Shown: positions 13,068-27,428 of the stretch, piece by piece
Layout: each line of letters starts with the position of its first letter
How positions within the stretch are numbered: position 1 is the first letter of the stretch
NCBI RefSeq assembly: GCF_018977255.1
Contig: NW_024704742.1
Location: 3,846,001 to 3,910,000, forward strand
Direction of reading: 5' to 3'
DNA: 64,000 bases
Source: Callorhinchus milii
Taxonomy: Eukaryota
Notes under the pieces: model-generated
What the model was told of the DNA's origin: nothing
The model's database searches: none
The model's input: only the letters and a program-made list of their open reading frames with translations
Translations under genes and position numbers: made by a program

Positions 13068-13270
13068 CTTTTGTTGAGAATGTCTGGTTGTTCGATGGTA
13101 CTGTTGCTTTCACCATCATCTATAATTTGAGTCACTTGCTTTTCCAATCTTTGGGAGATGTCTGCACATCTGCACATAAGCTTATGAACTACTTCCCGCT
13201 CGTTGATGATGGTCTTGCAATGCCATATCAGGTCTTCAGACAAACCATTTGCCCGCTGGAACATTTGAAA
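13068..13270 (-). CDS. SMARCAD1: SMARCAD1 coding exon 9 (203 nt)
   Basis: cctccag|FQMFQRANGLSEDLIWHCKTII..EQPDILNK|gtaatt; phase 0 to 2. Confidence 0.96.
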
Positions 13271-16200
13271 CTGGAGGAAAAAAAAGTATAAGTTAAAAGT
13301 TAGCAAGATAAAAATGGTCAGTATTGAAATTTTTGGTATATAATTATGTTCAAGCTAAACATCGGCAATAGTTTCTCTCACTCCAACCCGATCCATACTA
13401 TTTGCCATTATCAGGATAAAGCTAGCTGAAGTCAGATATGTCAAGGCAAGTTCCAGAATAAAAGCTCCCTCTATTCTGATGAAGTGGCCTCAACTCCAAC
13501 TTCAGAACAGCACTCTTTGATGCACCAGTTCCTACAAAAATTCTGTTAGTTTCCATGGTGCAATTCACTGATATTTTAGTTCTGTGGATGACTGTTCATG
13601 GAGTACATGAGGTTGCGCACATGGATCGATTGGTCACATCTCATTGTTACTGTGAGTAGTGGCCTGTGCAGATTACCTGCACATTTTCCCAAATAAGTCA
13701 CAACAAAATAATGTTTTGAGCACTTTCAATTGCTTCATGACAAGATGTCACATCAAGTGTTTGTGGTACTGTGTTTGTGTCAAGGTTGAAACCGTCTAAT
13801 CAATTTAGGATAGAATCCTTACAGCCCCCAATCTCAGGAGATCAATAGGTTACCACCTGAATTGCTTCCACTTCCAAATAAAACTTGCAATTACAATTCA
13901 GCGTACTTAACAGGGGCTGTGTGGAAACCCGAGAAAAGCGAGAATTGTTTGTATCAATCAATTCACTGGAAAAAATAACTAAACTCTAATTTGTTAAAAA
14001 TATGAATTAAGCTAGATTTCTTCCAAGAAACCGTTTGTTGAAAAACAATTGTGAAGTGATACCATTGTTTTCTGGGCTGCACAATTCGGTTTTGTGTGGT
14101 TTTGTCAGGTAAAATTGTGCTCACATTCCTACAAAAGTAAACCCAACACCATAAATCAAAATAGAAATGGATTGTCACCTGAGAGGAAATATAGGTTAAC
14201 ATTTCAAATGTACCCTTTATCAGAACACTGAGGATCTCGATCGACTGTAGATTTACAGCATTTGATCGTTCACATTTAGTTTCTTTTTATTTGTCCCATA
14301 AATCATGTCTGGATAGAAATTTTGCATTCTCCTAAATTTGCCTCAAGTTAGAATTCATCAATGGTTGTACAAACCGGTGAGACTGTACTCATGCACAGAT
14401 AGGATTTGTTCCTACTAATTCATTCCAAAAAAGGTTCCAAAACATATTTCTGAAATTTATAATCCTGAACGCAAAGGGAAAAAATTGTAAAGCTTCACAG
14501 CATAAAATATTCAGTAACTCACAATATTCTTAGCCATTTTTACTCAGAATAGAAACATGGTCTTTAACAGACTAACGAATTTATACCAAACTAAGCTAAA
14601 ATTTATGAGAAAGAAACAGGAGAGACCAATGTGCAACATCTGTCTCTGGTCCCAAATTTTTAGAAAAGTAGCAATTCTACCTCTTAACGCGCTCAATTTC
14701 TCAACAAATATCAGTGGTAGATTTTCCAGCCCGTCTCATTTTACAAATTTTAGTGGAAAATGCACATTTTCAAATGAGGAAACCATGCAGATAATGAGCA
14801 ATACCACAAATTTAGTGCACTATATACTGCACAATATGCAAATACATCTGCTAGCAGTAAGTGGACAAATATTTTTAAATTTACCTTACTGCACAGTATA
14901 AATGATCAGACAAATACCATTAATGACCACTTGACATAATTAATCCATAAAGTTTTACATTAATGGCAGTGGTGATAGAAAATTCTTCATTAAATAGCAA
15001 TATTGTTTTAACACTAGAACTAGTCATACCAATCTCAAACATCAACACAACTATTTCAGGTTTACCACACAGCAGAAAATGTATGCACTTTGGAACTTGA
15101 ACAAAAATTATAGTAGTAATTCACTTTAATTAAATTGTTTAAATTAATTTTAATCATCTTCAAAACTTAGGGTTAGGGTTAATTTGTTAATTACATAATA
15201 AACCCTTTTATATTTGCTTAATTACATAATTAGGAGTACCCGCTATCTCTCACACATGTTTATATATGTTAATAAACTCCACTGATGAACTGGGAAAGGG
15301 TTTAAAGAATAAGAAGGACTAGTCTCAAACATAGAATTTTACGTTATGAGGAGAGATATTCAGAAAAAAAATGTTTTTATCTGAGAGAGTACTGGAGGGA
15401 GGGCAGATAGGAGGGCAGATAGGAGGGCAATGTGATAAGATTTTTAAAGTGCTGAGGGGCTACTTGATTTTACAGTGCATGTACAGAAGAGCATATTGTT
15501 ACAATTATCAACAGTAAGAATCCTTGCATTTGATATAATGCCTTATCGTGTCATCAAGACGTCTCAAAACGCTTCTCAGAATATACTGTAAAGTGAATCA
15601 ACTGCATATTTTGTGTGTAAAACGCCTCAACACAAGGAGAGATTTGTAGTACGAGAATTTGATCACAAAGCGGATATATGGAAAAGACTGCCAAGATGCA
15701 TCAATTAAAAATAAAAATAGAATCTGGGTGCTTGGGAATTTCATTGGAGGTTTTCAGGATAATCATACTGAAATGAATATATATTTCAATAGAAACTACA
15801 TGACTGGAGCCAGGGTGTTGGGAAAGAGAAATTGTCTGCAGATAGAAATAGGCTAAATGTGAAGTAGATTGAGCAAATTACATGAGTAACATAGAACATC
15901 TGTTTAGAATTCTTTCCCCTGCCTCCATGGGATGGTGTGTGAAGTCCACAATTTGGGTAGGTTTCGGTTACCGTGAAAGTTGCTTGAACGACCAAGTAAT
16001 GAACTGGATTTATGATAAATTGGGTTACAGGGAGGCAGGGCTCCAGACTACACTGACTGGTCAATTAAGGAAATGAAGGAAAGTTGGCTTCACAGTTGGC
16101 ACATTTCTGACAAAGCTCCTCACATGTGGAACTGGATTAAGCAGTTGGTAAGTGGCACTGAACGTGGACATCTAGAACATCAAGTTGTCCTGCAACTGCT

Positions 16201-19200
16201 TTCCACCATGTCAAAGGCAGATGTTCATCAAATAGCTGATAAGGAAAGTTTGACACTTGGCATAACAGCTGCTAGACACCATTACCTGGAGTCCAGGTTC
16301 AGAATCACATGCTTATTTATCCAGGGCTTGGGATCCACCTTGATTAATGAGCAAAGAAAAGCATCTGCTGCTGAAGTCCACACTATTAACTGGTGGAAAC
16401 ATTGCTCAATGGGTAAGGGCGTGGCAGGAGGATGATGGCAATTTTCTAGTGCATTTCATGCTGAGACTTGGAAGGAGTTACTAGTACTGTTCATGACAGA
16501 CCAGCTCATTGGCAGTACTTAGAGGAACATAAACGTTACTGTTTGGCTCCTAATAATCTTGTAAACCAAAGTCTTTGAAAAGGGTGGTCCTAGCAGGAAA
16601 ACGTGTGTGGTATGTGTGAGAGGAAATGAAAAAGCAAACTAGAAAAAAGATGTGCACAAGGGAGCGAAAATGAGAGAGGAAAAAATAAGAGCACAATGTG
16701 ATCCTTGAAAAATTGAAGCCAGGTCAAAAGATCATCTATTAAATCACTAATTCCAGGATCCTGGTTTTGTTTCATCAGCAAACCTGCTGACCATTGTCAA
16801 TCTACAATAGGCATCTATACAAAATACAGTAAACATTTTTAGTCAGTCAGTCACAATTATGCACTAATGCTTCAGACATTTGACTAGTCAGAATATCAGC
16901 TTCAAAAGATAAATGTGCAAATGCGTTTATTCTGTGCAATGAGAGCAAACATATTTGCTCATCATAAGCTTATTTTACAAAGGGCTCTTGGAATCCTACA
17001 AGAAAGATAACTTTTTTTCTTTCATATAATTCAAGGATCATATGTACACACATATAGAATAAGAACACCGCTAATAAATTAACCTGGACCTAACAATACA
17101 AGCACAGACAAATTGCTGCTGCCGATGATTTGTTTGTGCAAGGATTTGCTTACTATTGGATTTGACTTTGATTTTGTAACCTAGATGCAATGCTGCACTG
17201 AATTAAATCAACACTTGAGAAACATTCATTCACTTCCAGCACAAGTTGGCAATCTTCCTCCTTTTCTACACAATGTTTTTCAAAGATCAGTGATACAATA
17301 ATGGTCAAATATCAACTCAAACCTGTTTTGCCCTGGTGAAAGGAAGTAGACTATTTAATAACCCAGAGTACACAGACCCAAGATCTTGATGCAACATGTT
17401 CCATAATTCAGCATTTCTCAGTGTTCCAGGTCCCTGAACAAATTCATAGGTTCCAGAGAATTCATTTTAGAGAGTAACTGGAGACCAAGAAGAATTTTTT
17501 CCCTAAACTCCAATATCACATCCATTTGCGGCAAGTATTGACAATACTTGAGTATTTATTTAGATTGATGCAAAGGTACCAATAGTTCCAAATCCTTGAA
17601 AGATTATGGATTCCTCAAGTGCACACTATGACATTTAGTTAATGCTGAATTAATCTTTTAAATTGAGAAGTGTGGAACGAGGATGATTGTTCACAGGAGT
17701 TGAACTGCTGTTAAATTAAAACACATGAATCGTGGACACCCTCAGACAAAGGCAACTAGAAATAATACTAGCAGCAAGATCACTATAGAATTAGCGGAAA
17801 TGCAACTGTGATGACATAAACAGCATTTTCTCAAGACAATCCACTGCGCTGTGTGATTATAAACAATAATCTACAAATGAGACAGGTTCTTAATTCAGTT
17901 TGCATGAATTTTCCTCCCAGATCAAAAGTTGGAAGCTTTAGCAATTTCTGAAAATGTATTTTTTATGATGGCTGTAAGTGTATGCACCTGATGTAGATAC
18001 ACATGGAAATAGTTGGTGTTGGCTGCAGCATTCTGTCCAGTTTACTCAAGTCTACCAAAACATATTTTAAAATTTGCTAAAATGATAATCCTTTCATTTG
18101 GTGTTGTGCCTTGTCGTAAAAATAATATTTGTATTTGATATATCGCTTCATGTCTTCGAGGTGTCTCAAACAGCTTCACAGAATATACTGTAAAGTGAAT
18201 TGACTGTATTTATTTTGTATGGGCAAAATTGTGTATTGCACTTTCACATCAGGAAAGTGCCTCCCAGGATTTTTCTGTAAATTAATAATATTAATAATCC
18301 TTGCATTTGATTTAGTGCTTTTCACGTCTTCTAGACTTCTCAAAGCGCTTCACAGAATATACTGTAAAGTGAATATTTTGTGGGCAAAATTGTGGTGACT
18401 ATTATTTTTTGTAGGTGAATGCAGCAACCAAATTGCACCCAGCAAATTTGTTTATTTTCCTGACTCGCAGGAGTGGCATTAAATCGGACTAGCACTGCCT
18501 GAGGAATGAAACAAACCTCAGTCTACAGCTGCCGTCTGATCAGTTAACCCACATTTAAAACCCTGTTGCAGTAGCAAATCTACTTAATTTGCAGTTAAAA
18601 TTTATTTGGCAAGTTAATTTTATCTTTGATGCACATCAAGCAGTTTTGAAACACGATATAAATACCAGTGCCACATAACAAAATCCTCTCCCAAATACTA
18701 CTGACATATATTTAGAGGGGACTGCAGAAAGCATTGTATTAGACTTTTAGCATCTCTTTCTGAACTCATTTGTTTTTTTCAATTAGAAGAATTAGAAGAA
18801 AAAGTACCCTTTGTATTTTATGTGCCATTTGTAGCTTATTCGGTACAGTTCAGTGAAAATCTGTCATCCACAAATCAAACAGAACGAGTAGGAAGAACTA
18901 TGTTACACAGAAAAAAACCTGTAGAATGACACTTTGATTAGCCACCCAAAATCTACAATTTACACTTATAATGCCTTTTATGTTAGGACAACATCTCAAA
19001 AGACTTTACAAAGACTGAACAGGAACCCAAGCAGAGAGCTGGGGAGTGGCTGAAAGGAACCTGGGAGGTCAATATAGTCAGCACCTGAAGTTAGAGCTAC
19101 CGACTAGGGCTAAGCAGAATAGCCTTGGTGTTCTCAATTTTGAATTGGAGAAAGTTGCGTCACATCTGGGAGAAATTTACTTGTAAGATTTCAAAATTGT

Positions 19201-19724
19201 TACCACTGTGGTTTTGCAGGAACTCATACAAGAAATGGTGGGAGAAAAAGAAAAAGAGCAATCATACTATCTTGAGAAGTACAAAACCTTTTAAGTGAAC
19301 GCAATATTTTCTGGCAAAACGTGGATGATGATCATGCTTAGTTTAACTTAACTCTCGTAAGCTAAATCAAATGGCCACCGTCGCCTAAATATCAAGGAGT
19401 TCAGCCAATGGTTGTGCAGAGTCATAGAAACGTGTAAAGAAAATTACTACAGCAAAAAACAAGCAATTTAGCCCAACTAGTGTTTATACTCCACATGAGC
19501 CTCCATCTCTCCCAATTCCCTCTCCTGAACCTTTTATTCCATTCTCCCTCACGTATGGATCAAGTTTCTTCGTTAATACATTGATAGTGGGGAGCAATCA
19601 CTGAAATTTCAGAAATTGTCATGAATTGATCTTATAGCTCAATCTATAGTATGGCTCAAACACCTTTTTTTTTAAAAAACATGGCCACCACATTCACTCA
19701 TTTTCAATCCTCAGCATCGAGTAT

Positions 19725-20025
19725 GTCAACCTGGATCAGTTAGTAACACTCTTGCCTCCGAGTCAGAAGGTTGTGTGTTCAGGCCCCACAACGGGATTTT
19801 GAACTCAATGTCTAGGCTGACACTCCGGTGCAGTTCATTGTTTGAGGTACCACTCCTGCGAATAAGAAGTTAAACGGAGGTTTCTTCTGCCTGCTCAAGT
19901 CGATATTAAAGATTCCGTGGCACTATTCCAAAAGTGAAGGAAGTTTCTCCTGTACTTTACATCTGTGAAGCACCTTGAGACATCCTCCCATCGTGAAACA
20001 TACTGTACCAAATGTAAGGGTTATT
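19725..20025 (+). mobile_element. Older long SINE copy, internally deleted
   Basis: CTCTTGCCTCCGAGTCAGAAGGTTGTG..CTAGGCTGACACTCC..GGCACTATT. Confidence 0.7.
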
Positions 20026-21917
20026 CACCACCACGAGAACCAGGTTTTATACTCTTCTAAGTCCAGATAACTCTCACTCCAAGAACAAAGAGCACAGTGA
20101 TAAGTTATCCATAGTGGCAAGTTAGTCATAGGTCCTCCCTGGCCACAAGGGGGTTCTGTGACTCATGCGAGCACTCATGCTCAGCTGCAGAGGCCTCTAT
20201 TGGAGGGCCACGCCATGGCCAATCCTGCCACACTAACTTGCTAGATATTTATCAAGGCCAGTAGGTTTTCTTATTTCCGAAGCCAACAGTAACCAGCCAA
20301 GGATCCCTCATCTGGTCTGAGTAAAGAATCCTGCAAAAACAAGAGTCCAAAGGACAATCTAGACTTATTTGCTTTAAGAACTCTGCATCTTTGGTGACTT
20401 CTTTCCATTTTACTGCAAATTGCCGAGGACGGTCTTACTGTACTGTCTATTGGACCCAGAACCAGGAAATTACCTGCAATGTCACTTAACGCATTTTTAA
20501 TTGCCAACCCTTGGTGCAGGCTCACAGGCACAACCTGGGCCACAAAAGAACAGCTACAATTCTCCTTTCTTTTCCATATCAGTTTCAATGTTGGGCTCCA
20601 AGTTGTAGTATCTCTATAGTACATGTGCAGGATCTGAGGTGGCTAACTGGACTTTGAGGAAGCCCGAGTCAGCTTAAATCTTTTGTTCTTGAAGACTTCC
20701 TATTCTGGTTGAGGTGCCACTATTGAATCAACATAGTATTTTACACAGGAAAACAGTTAAGACATTTAGCGATTCAATGAATTCCTTCCATGATATTGTA
20801 AAACAGATACCCCAATCCAGAAAAACTTGCATTTTTGGCACCACTAAATAATATTATGACAACAATGTGAGCTTGTCTTATTAAAATTCAAGCCACTGCT
20901 GGAATATGGCTTCAAGCAATACAATGCATTTCAGAAAGCAGCTGCAAGCATACTCATGTGTACACACCCAACCGGCGTTTTGTAGATCCATGCTTGCAAA
21001 GCGTACAAATGTCGCAAATGTAAAAATATCCCCTTTGGAATTCTCAACTCTGACCAGACTTGTACACTAACACCTTAGTCGCCTTCAATTAAAATACTTA
21101 AAATTTTGTTCTAAAAGCTTTGTAAATGACCTCACTATTTGTCCGTTTTCCCGTGGTACATATAATTATTGGTCTATAATTTAATAATCGCTTCGATTGC
21201 AAACATTATGTTCTCAACCTGCCTGAACAAATCTCCCAATTCCAGGAAAACCCTTTATTTGAATTCCTGTCTTGCAAGATCCAACTTGTGAAATAAATGT
21301 CCCATTTTGAATAAAGAACTGTAGAATGCAATTAACTCCTTCTTCAAACAAAGTCAATTCAATACTAAAAGATTGTGAAGTTTTGAAGATCTCTATACAA
21401 TGAAATCAGATAATATATCTCTTGCTTGCTTTTCTAACCAATTTTCCCTAATGTCAGCATTTCATACATCAGCACAACCACATAGCGCAATCAAGTGGTG
21501 CAAGCTATTTTCTGAAAAACACATTTTAAATAAACTTCAAAGTATCACTTCAAAAGCAGCACTCTAACAGTTTCATATTATAGCCAAGTACTCAAAGAAA
21601 ATTGAAACAGATTGTTTGTTAAATATGTATACAATTTGGAGGGAAATTTAATCTTGAAGAAAAAACTTGAATTTGTTCACTTTTTGACACGTTTGCTGCT
21701 TTCATGTAACTAGCATTCTATGAAACCATTCCTGCTTGTTTTCTTTGATTAATCAGAAAATCAGCTGCAATCAAGATAACTAGGTGGCCATTTCATCTGT
21801 TTTTAGACTACCTTAGGCTCATAATATTACAGAGTTTCACATTTATTTTCTCCCAATTAACATTCCTAAACCTCATTCGCATTTTCAATCTCTAATATTT
21901 TAAGTAAAGGTAGTTCA

Positions 21918-22207
21918 ATAATAATAATAATCCTTGCATTTGATATCGTGCTTTTTCACATCTTTTAGACATCTCAAAGCGCTTCACAGAAGATATTGTA
22001 AAGTGAATTGACTATGTTTGTGGGCGAAACGCAGCAGCCAATTGCACACAACAGTGTCCCACAAACAGTCGTGGCTTGAAGTGACCAATTTATTATTTTT
22101 TTTCTGGAGGGATCATTATCAGCATGTAGAGTATGGAAACTTGCCCAACGTGTCGCCCTGTCGGGAATCAAACCCAGGTCTCTCGCTTGCGAGGCAAGTG
22201 CTCTAAC
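21918..22207 (-). mobile_element. Same SINE, near full length
   Basis: Tail, core, B box and anticodon arm on the minus strand. Confidence 0.88.
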
Positions 22208-23082
22208 AAAAGTAAAGGCGTATAAAGGTTTAAGTAATGGTGGTCCACTTTGTTTACAGGAGAAATACAAAAAACTCTCCATAGTAACCCTCTACTCTAA
22301 TAGTTGCTTTGCAGTCAAATAAAATCCAAACACATTGTTAGTTTCATAGGTTAAGTATGTAAACGACTTGTTTGAAGTTTTTTTTATGTAATACAGACAC
22401 ATAATTTTGGCAAGACAAATTGCTAAAAAAATACAAGAAAGGGGAAGAAAGTTCATGTTCAGTCATGAATGCTTGGCAGCTGCCAAAGAACAAGTAATAA
22501 AACTGTCAATTTAGATTAGACAAGCTGCAACAGCATCTGAAATGTGGGTGAGGTTGCTGACTGTACTGTACTGCACATTTTTAAAAATTTGTTTAAAATT
22601 TAATCGACAAAAAAGTTCTTATGTTGCATTGAGCAATCTTTGGGCCATCAATCAAAACCGCTAGAAACAAATTTAAACAAGTTTGAAAACAACATACTTG
22701 ACATGTTTCTCCTGGATTGTATCTTACGGCTTTTTTTCCTTTTTAAAAAAAAAGCTTACCGGATTTCTAAGTCTCTTTTGCAACCAACAGTAGATTGCGT
22801 TTCTTCTTTTACTCTTTGGATTTTAAAAAAATGCAAAATAAAAGCTTCAGTTACCCACAGACATTTGAAATTATTTAATTTAGACAAAGAAGCAGAGGCC
22901 TGTATAACTGCATAAAATATTGCTTAAGAACAATCAAACCAGTCTCAAATGTTTAAATTAAATAGTTGATATACCATACAATATTTATCATCCTGCAAGA
23001 TTTCTAGAGGAATTCACAACAGATTCGCCATTTTTTTAAGGATTAACAGAACAGTGATTGTAAAGGTAAAATGGCTACTTAC

Positions 23083-23535
23083 CACTGAAGCTTTCTCATT
23101 CCTGCAGGCTCTATGTCTTAAGAATTTACTTTCTCTAAACGTTGGGTTTCCAGGATATTTTCTGTGAACTGGCTATAACCAGTAGAAACCTTGCAACCTG
23201 ACTGCAAAAGCCATCCTTTTTCCATCAATACAATGCTCAAAAAAAATTCAACATAAAAACAACTGTTCCTCCTAGAAGGTGCCAAAAATATCATTGACTG
23301 CTTCTTGAGCCATATTGTTGCCCAGGAAGGTTTCTGTCCATACTCAGACTTTGAAATAGCAATAAAACATAGCCCATGCTTTTCTTCTGCAATTTTTGGA
23401 GCTGAAACAGCAAAGAACTGGGTTGCAAGCACCTCATACCTTAATGCCACTTCTTCTTTCACCCACTTCAGCCACATACATATATAGTTTCTCTGTTACC
23501 AGAATGAGTGACAGATTACCAGCCAATCAGCTTGG
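23083..23535 (-). promoter_or_regulatory. Candidate internal promoter plus non-coding alternative first exon (short SMARCAD1 isoform)
   Basis: Strong donor CAGTG|GTAAGT at 23083/23082, CCAAT box at 23523-23527, no recognisable repeat. Same intron and similar offset as the human short-isoform exon (recalled). Confidence 0.6.
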
Positions 23536-23735
23536 CTTTTTAAGTAAAAATCATCCCATATAGTATTCAAAGTAAGGTCATATGATCCTTATTTCAAATG
23601 CTATTGGTTCAGAATGAGTGTAATGTTTGAATCTCATCACATGAAGGTCATCCTTTAAAGTCTCCCTATGTGCAATAAATGTTGGTTATTTAATGATTTG
23701 GGGATTATTTTTTTCAAAAAAAAAAGCAGGCTCAC

Positions 23736-24148
23736 CAATGTCTCCCAATTGTTAAAGGGCCGGAGCTCCGTGATCTTCTGAGCCTTTCGCAAAGAACATT
23801 GAGGTATCAGTGTAAGTTCATCCAGTGTAGCATCCTGCAGGAAGCTGACAATTTTAGTCCTGCATACACCTTCCACCTCTTCATCTGCACTGCTGTAGTC
23901 CTCGTCAAGTGAACTGTCACCATCAGAAGAAAGGGGTTCTGAATCTTCGGAATCGCTGGTTTCTCTTTGAATGATTCTGCCACCTTTTCTACTTTTGTCG
24001 TGTTTTTTTATTTTACCATTCTGCTCTTCTGCTGCAGGAGTTTGTTTCAATTGCATAAGTGGCATCTCTTTTGGCTGCTTTTTAAAGTTTGAGGTGATCT
24101 CGTTTCCATTTATGTTTTTAGCTTCTGATTCAGAAGGCACTTCATCTT
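23736..24148 (-). CDS. SMARCAD1: SMARCAD1 coding exon 8 (413 nt)
   Basis: ..SSLDEDYSS..FLQDATLDELTLIPQCSLRKAQKITELRPFNNWETL|gtgagc; phase 1 to 0. Confidence 0.96.
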
Positions 24149-26084
24149 CTGAAGATATAAAAAAAATTAAATACAAACAAGTTTGGAACACTGAGAAAGT
24201 AAAACCCAGAATAAGTTTACTTTACATCTCAAAATCATTGAAGTAAGATGTTCATTGTTAATCTTATCTTCTTAAAAGCAAGAAGTAGCGATGCTATTAG
24301 GGTATATTGTGGTCTCAAATCTTAAAAGAAGTGGAGCAACAAAACCCAAATTTAAAAAAAAATAAGACTAGCAATTGATGAATCCTTCCAACATTTTTTG
24401 AGTTTCTAAAATTTGAAAACCAACACATGAAAATCAAGCATATTTTTGCTTTTGGAACCCAAAGCCTTAAACTAGTCAACAACTGCCTGCTATCTCATCT
24501 TTATCAGATTGCTGCGTTGGAAAAAAATGTTACATTAATATTTTTACTTCACCAAGTTCTACCATTTCTTTCAAACTTACCATGTTCTCTGTATCAGACT
24601 TGAGAATGGTTCAAGAAAATTAAGTTCAAGGTTAATCTTATAATTTAGAGTTCAGAAGAGAAGATAAAGATCCATAACAAACAAAAACCCATTCTAATAT
24701 ACAGTGGGATTCAAGCAAAGCTTTTCACATCAAGAATGGTTGTAGTAAATTCTACAGGAGTTATTTTTCCAGAGTACAGTGAGGCTGTTGACTTGGATTC
24801 AAAGTGTTGACTTGGATACCTTTTAAATGAACAACAAGAGCAAGTAAGAATTTCCAAACCAACTAAAGACGAATATTACTTCAGTTTCCCAAATTCAATG
24901 CAGCACTAAGTCTCCTAGTAGACTTAAAAAAAGCAAATAACTTTGCACTCTTTGAAACTAGTTTGTACAAAGGTTACTTAAATATTGCCGCAAACTAAAA
25001 ACTAAAACTGGATCTGAAAGAATCATATTGTTTCAAGCCAATGAGACAAGAGTATTTAAATGTGTCTGGATAGTGAACGTGGACTGTCATAAAACAAAAA
25101 TATGACAGTTCAGTATGTTCACAAGTCGGTTTGGGTCTTTCGGGCAATGCTGTATAATGTTTAAAGAGAATCAAAAAATGATTGTAAAAGTGCTAACTGA
25201 AATGCACAGATTATCAGCTATAATAGCATTGTTCGCTTAAGATCCGAAGAACATTTACAAATGCTTTTTGTAGAAGCTACTTACAGTAGATACTTTTGTA
25301 CATTTACCTTATGCAATTCATTCTGTACTAGAAATAGCTGCATTACCAAAAGCCTGAAAATGTAGTCTATTAAGAGACTTTATGCTGCATTACATTTTGA
25401 AAACTAAATGAATATCTGTTCTTCAGTTGGTTTGGGCACCCTTACAGCAAAGGAACAGTTTTCAGACTCTTTAAAAAGTTATACGTTTGCCTGGCAGCTC
25501 AGTGGATATACCATATGGTAAGCTACATTGACCACAAAAACCCCACCAAGGTTTGAAATCTCAACTGTGTTTACAGTGGTGGAAACAGTGGAAGCAAAAC
25601 TGGCTGAGGATGTCACAGAAGTAACGAGTGAATTCCATTGTACATTGTGTGCAGGTGGTGTTTGGCTGTGATGTCAAAGTAAAAAAGCCTGGCAAGGCTC
25701 CCAAAACCACCCATTTACGTCTATGCAACGCACCTCAGCAAGAATCACCTCCCTCAGGAAAAGAAAGAAATGTTATTCCTCTTCACTGAATCGCAAACTT
25801 GCATCACCCAACCCACTACATTCCTGTTTATGAAGGGCAACACTATTGCGATTTTGCAAACAGGATGTAGGTTATCTTTTTGATGAGGGGAAGAAAAAAA
25901 GCTTAAAATTCATTGCAATATTTTTGTTGCAACGTTAAGATTATATATGTGGGAAGTTGGTGTATTTGCAAGCAATTGCAACAATGAATAAGTTTATTAA
26001 GAACACCGCTGTAGAATGTATCACTTTAAGCGTGATTTCAATTCAAAAGCAAATACAGTGCAAAGAATTTTTGGATTTCCCCAG

Positions 26085-26480
26085 GATAATAATACTTGCC
26101 CGTGGTATAGCACCTTTCACATCAGGTGGTCATTCCAAACCTCAGGATTTACTGTGAAGCGGAGGGACTGTGTATTTGTGAGCAAACGCATAAACAGCCA
26201 ATATCCCTCAAGCAGCCATGAACGACCAATTTTTATATGGGGGAATTGTTGGCCAGAACACCCCGGGAGAAACTCCCTTCTCTTTTCAAATAGTGCCATG
26301 GACAGAAGGAAACTCAGTTTAACATCTCCTCTGAAGGACGTCATCTCCAACAATGCAACACCCCCACCCGCACCGCATTGGAGCGTCAGCTAAGACGATC
26401 AGATTGCGAGTTCCGACATGGGGCTTGATCTCACAACCATCTGACTCAAGAGGTGAGAGTGTTGCCACTGGGTCAGGCTG
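26085..26480 (-). mobile_element. Older long SINE copy
   Basis: Reverse complement of the same head, middle and tail blocks. Confidence 0.7.
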
Positions 26481-27349
26481 ACAATCTTTTTGCATAGTAC
26501 CTGGCTTTTTTTGTTTAAAAAAATGCTTCCAGGAACAAAGCAATTTGTTTGAGCATTGCTCCCTGTAGCTTCTGCGATATTCCATACAAACATATGCCAG
26601 GTGATGGATTGTTGATGAGAAGGATGTGAAATTGAAGGGGTGTCTGCAGAGTTCATTATGGGTTTCATGAAGTTGAGGTATATGAATGCCAGAGGCTCGA
26701 AGGGGGTATGAGGATAGGGCAGGGTAGTGGGACTGAATGAAACTTGCTCAGAACTGGGGCACACTCGATGGGCCTTCTTCTGTGCTGTAGATTTTTACAA
26801 TTCTACGATTCTCTGAATGGTCTCTACTTTTTTTTTTTCTACGTTATTTTTGTAGAAGATACTTCAACATTGCATGAGTTGTTGAACGTAGGTCCTCTTC
26901 AAGGTCCTGAAATAAGTATTGTACTTTTCATTACAAATGAAAATATTATAGTGTGTGAGGTAGCAGTATGTAATCACAGTTCCCAGTATAGAATCCCACG
27001 CCAAAGCTCCCCTCAGTTTATTTTCATTGAATAAATTGGAATTATTAAATCATCTGGATGTTTAAAAAAAGGTTAAACGTACGAATCTACAGAATGATAA
27101 AATTAGGAGGGAAGTTCTGGCTTTACGGAGATTTAGATAAGTGATTATCCTCTATGTCAAAAAACATAATGCAACAATTTTGGGCTGAAATATTTCACTG
27201 ATTTGACTGCAAGCAGAAACCGATCGCAGAAGCAAATACATTGAAATTATTACTGCAAAATATTTTGAAAAATGAAAAATTCTTCTTTTTTAATAGTTTA
27301 TTAAGCAAAAGCAGCTGCTTAGAAAGACACAGTTGTGAGAAAGTCTTAC

Positions 27350-27428
27350 CTTGATTGGCAAACACTTGCAAGGCTTCCAGGGCTTCCCAATAGGACCAAT
27401 CGTGTTCATTTAGAACCTCCCGGAGTTC
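27350..27428 (-). CDS. SMARCAD1: SMARCAD1 coding exon 7 (79 nt)
   Basis: ELREVLNEHDWSYWEALEALQVFANQ|gtaaga; phase 0 to 1. Confidence 0.95.

Noticed and set aside
15167..15180. TTAGGGTTAGGGTT
   Set aside because: Only two units, too short to call an interstitial telomere.
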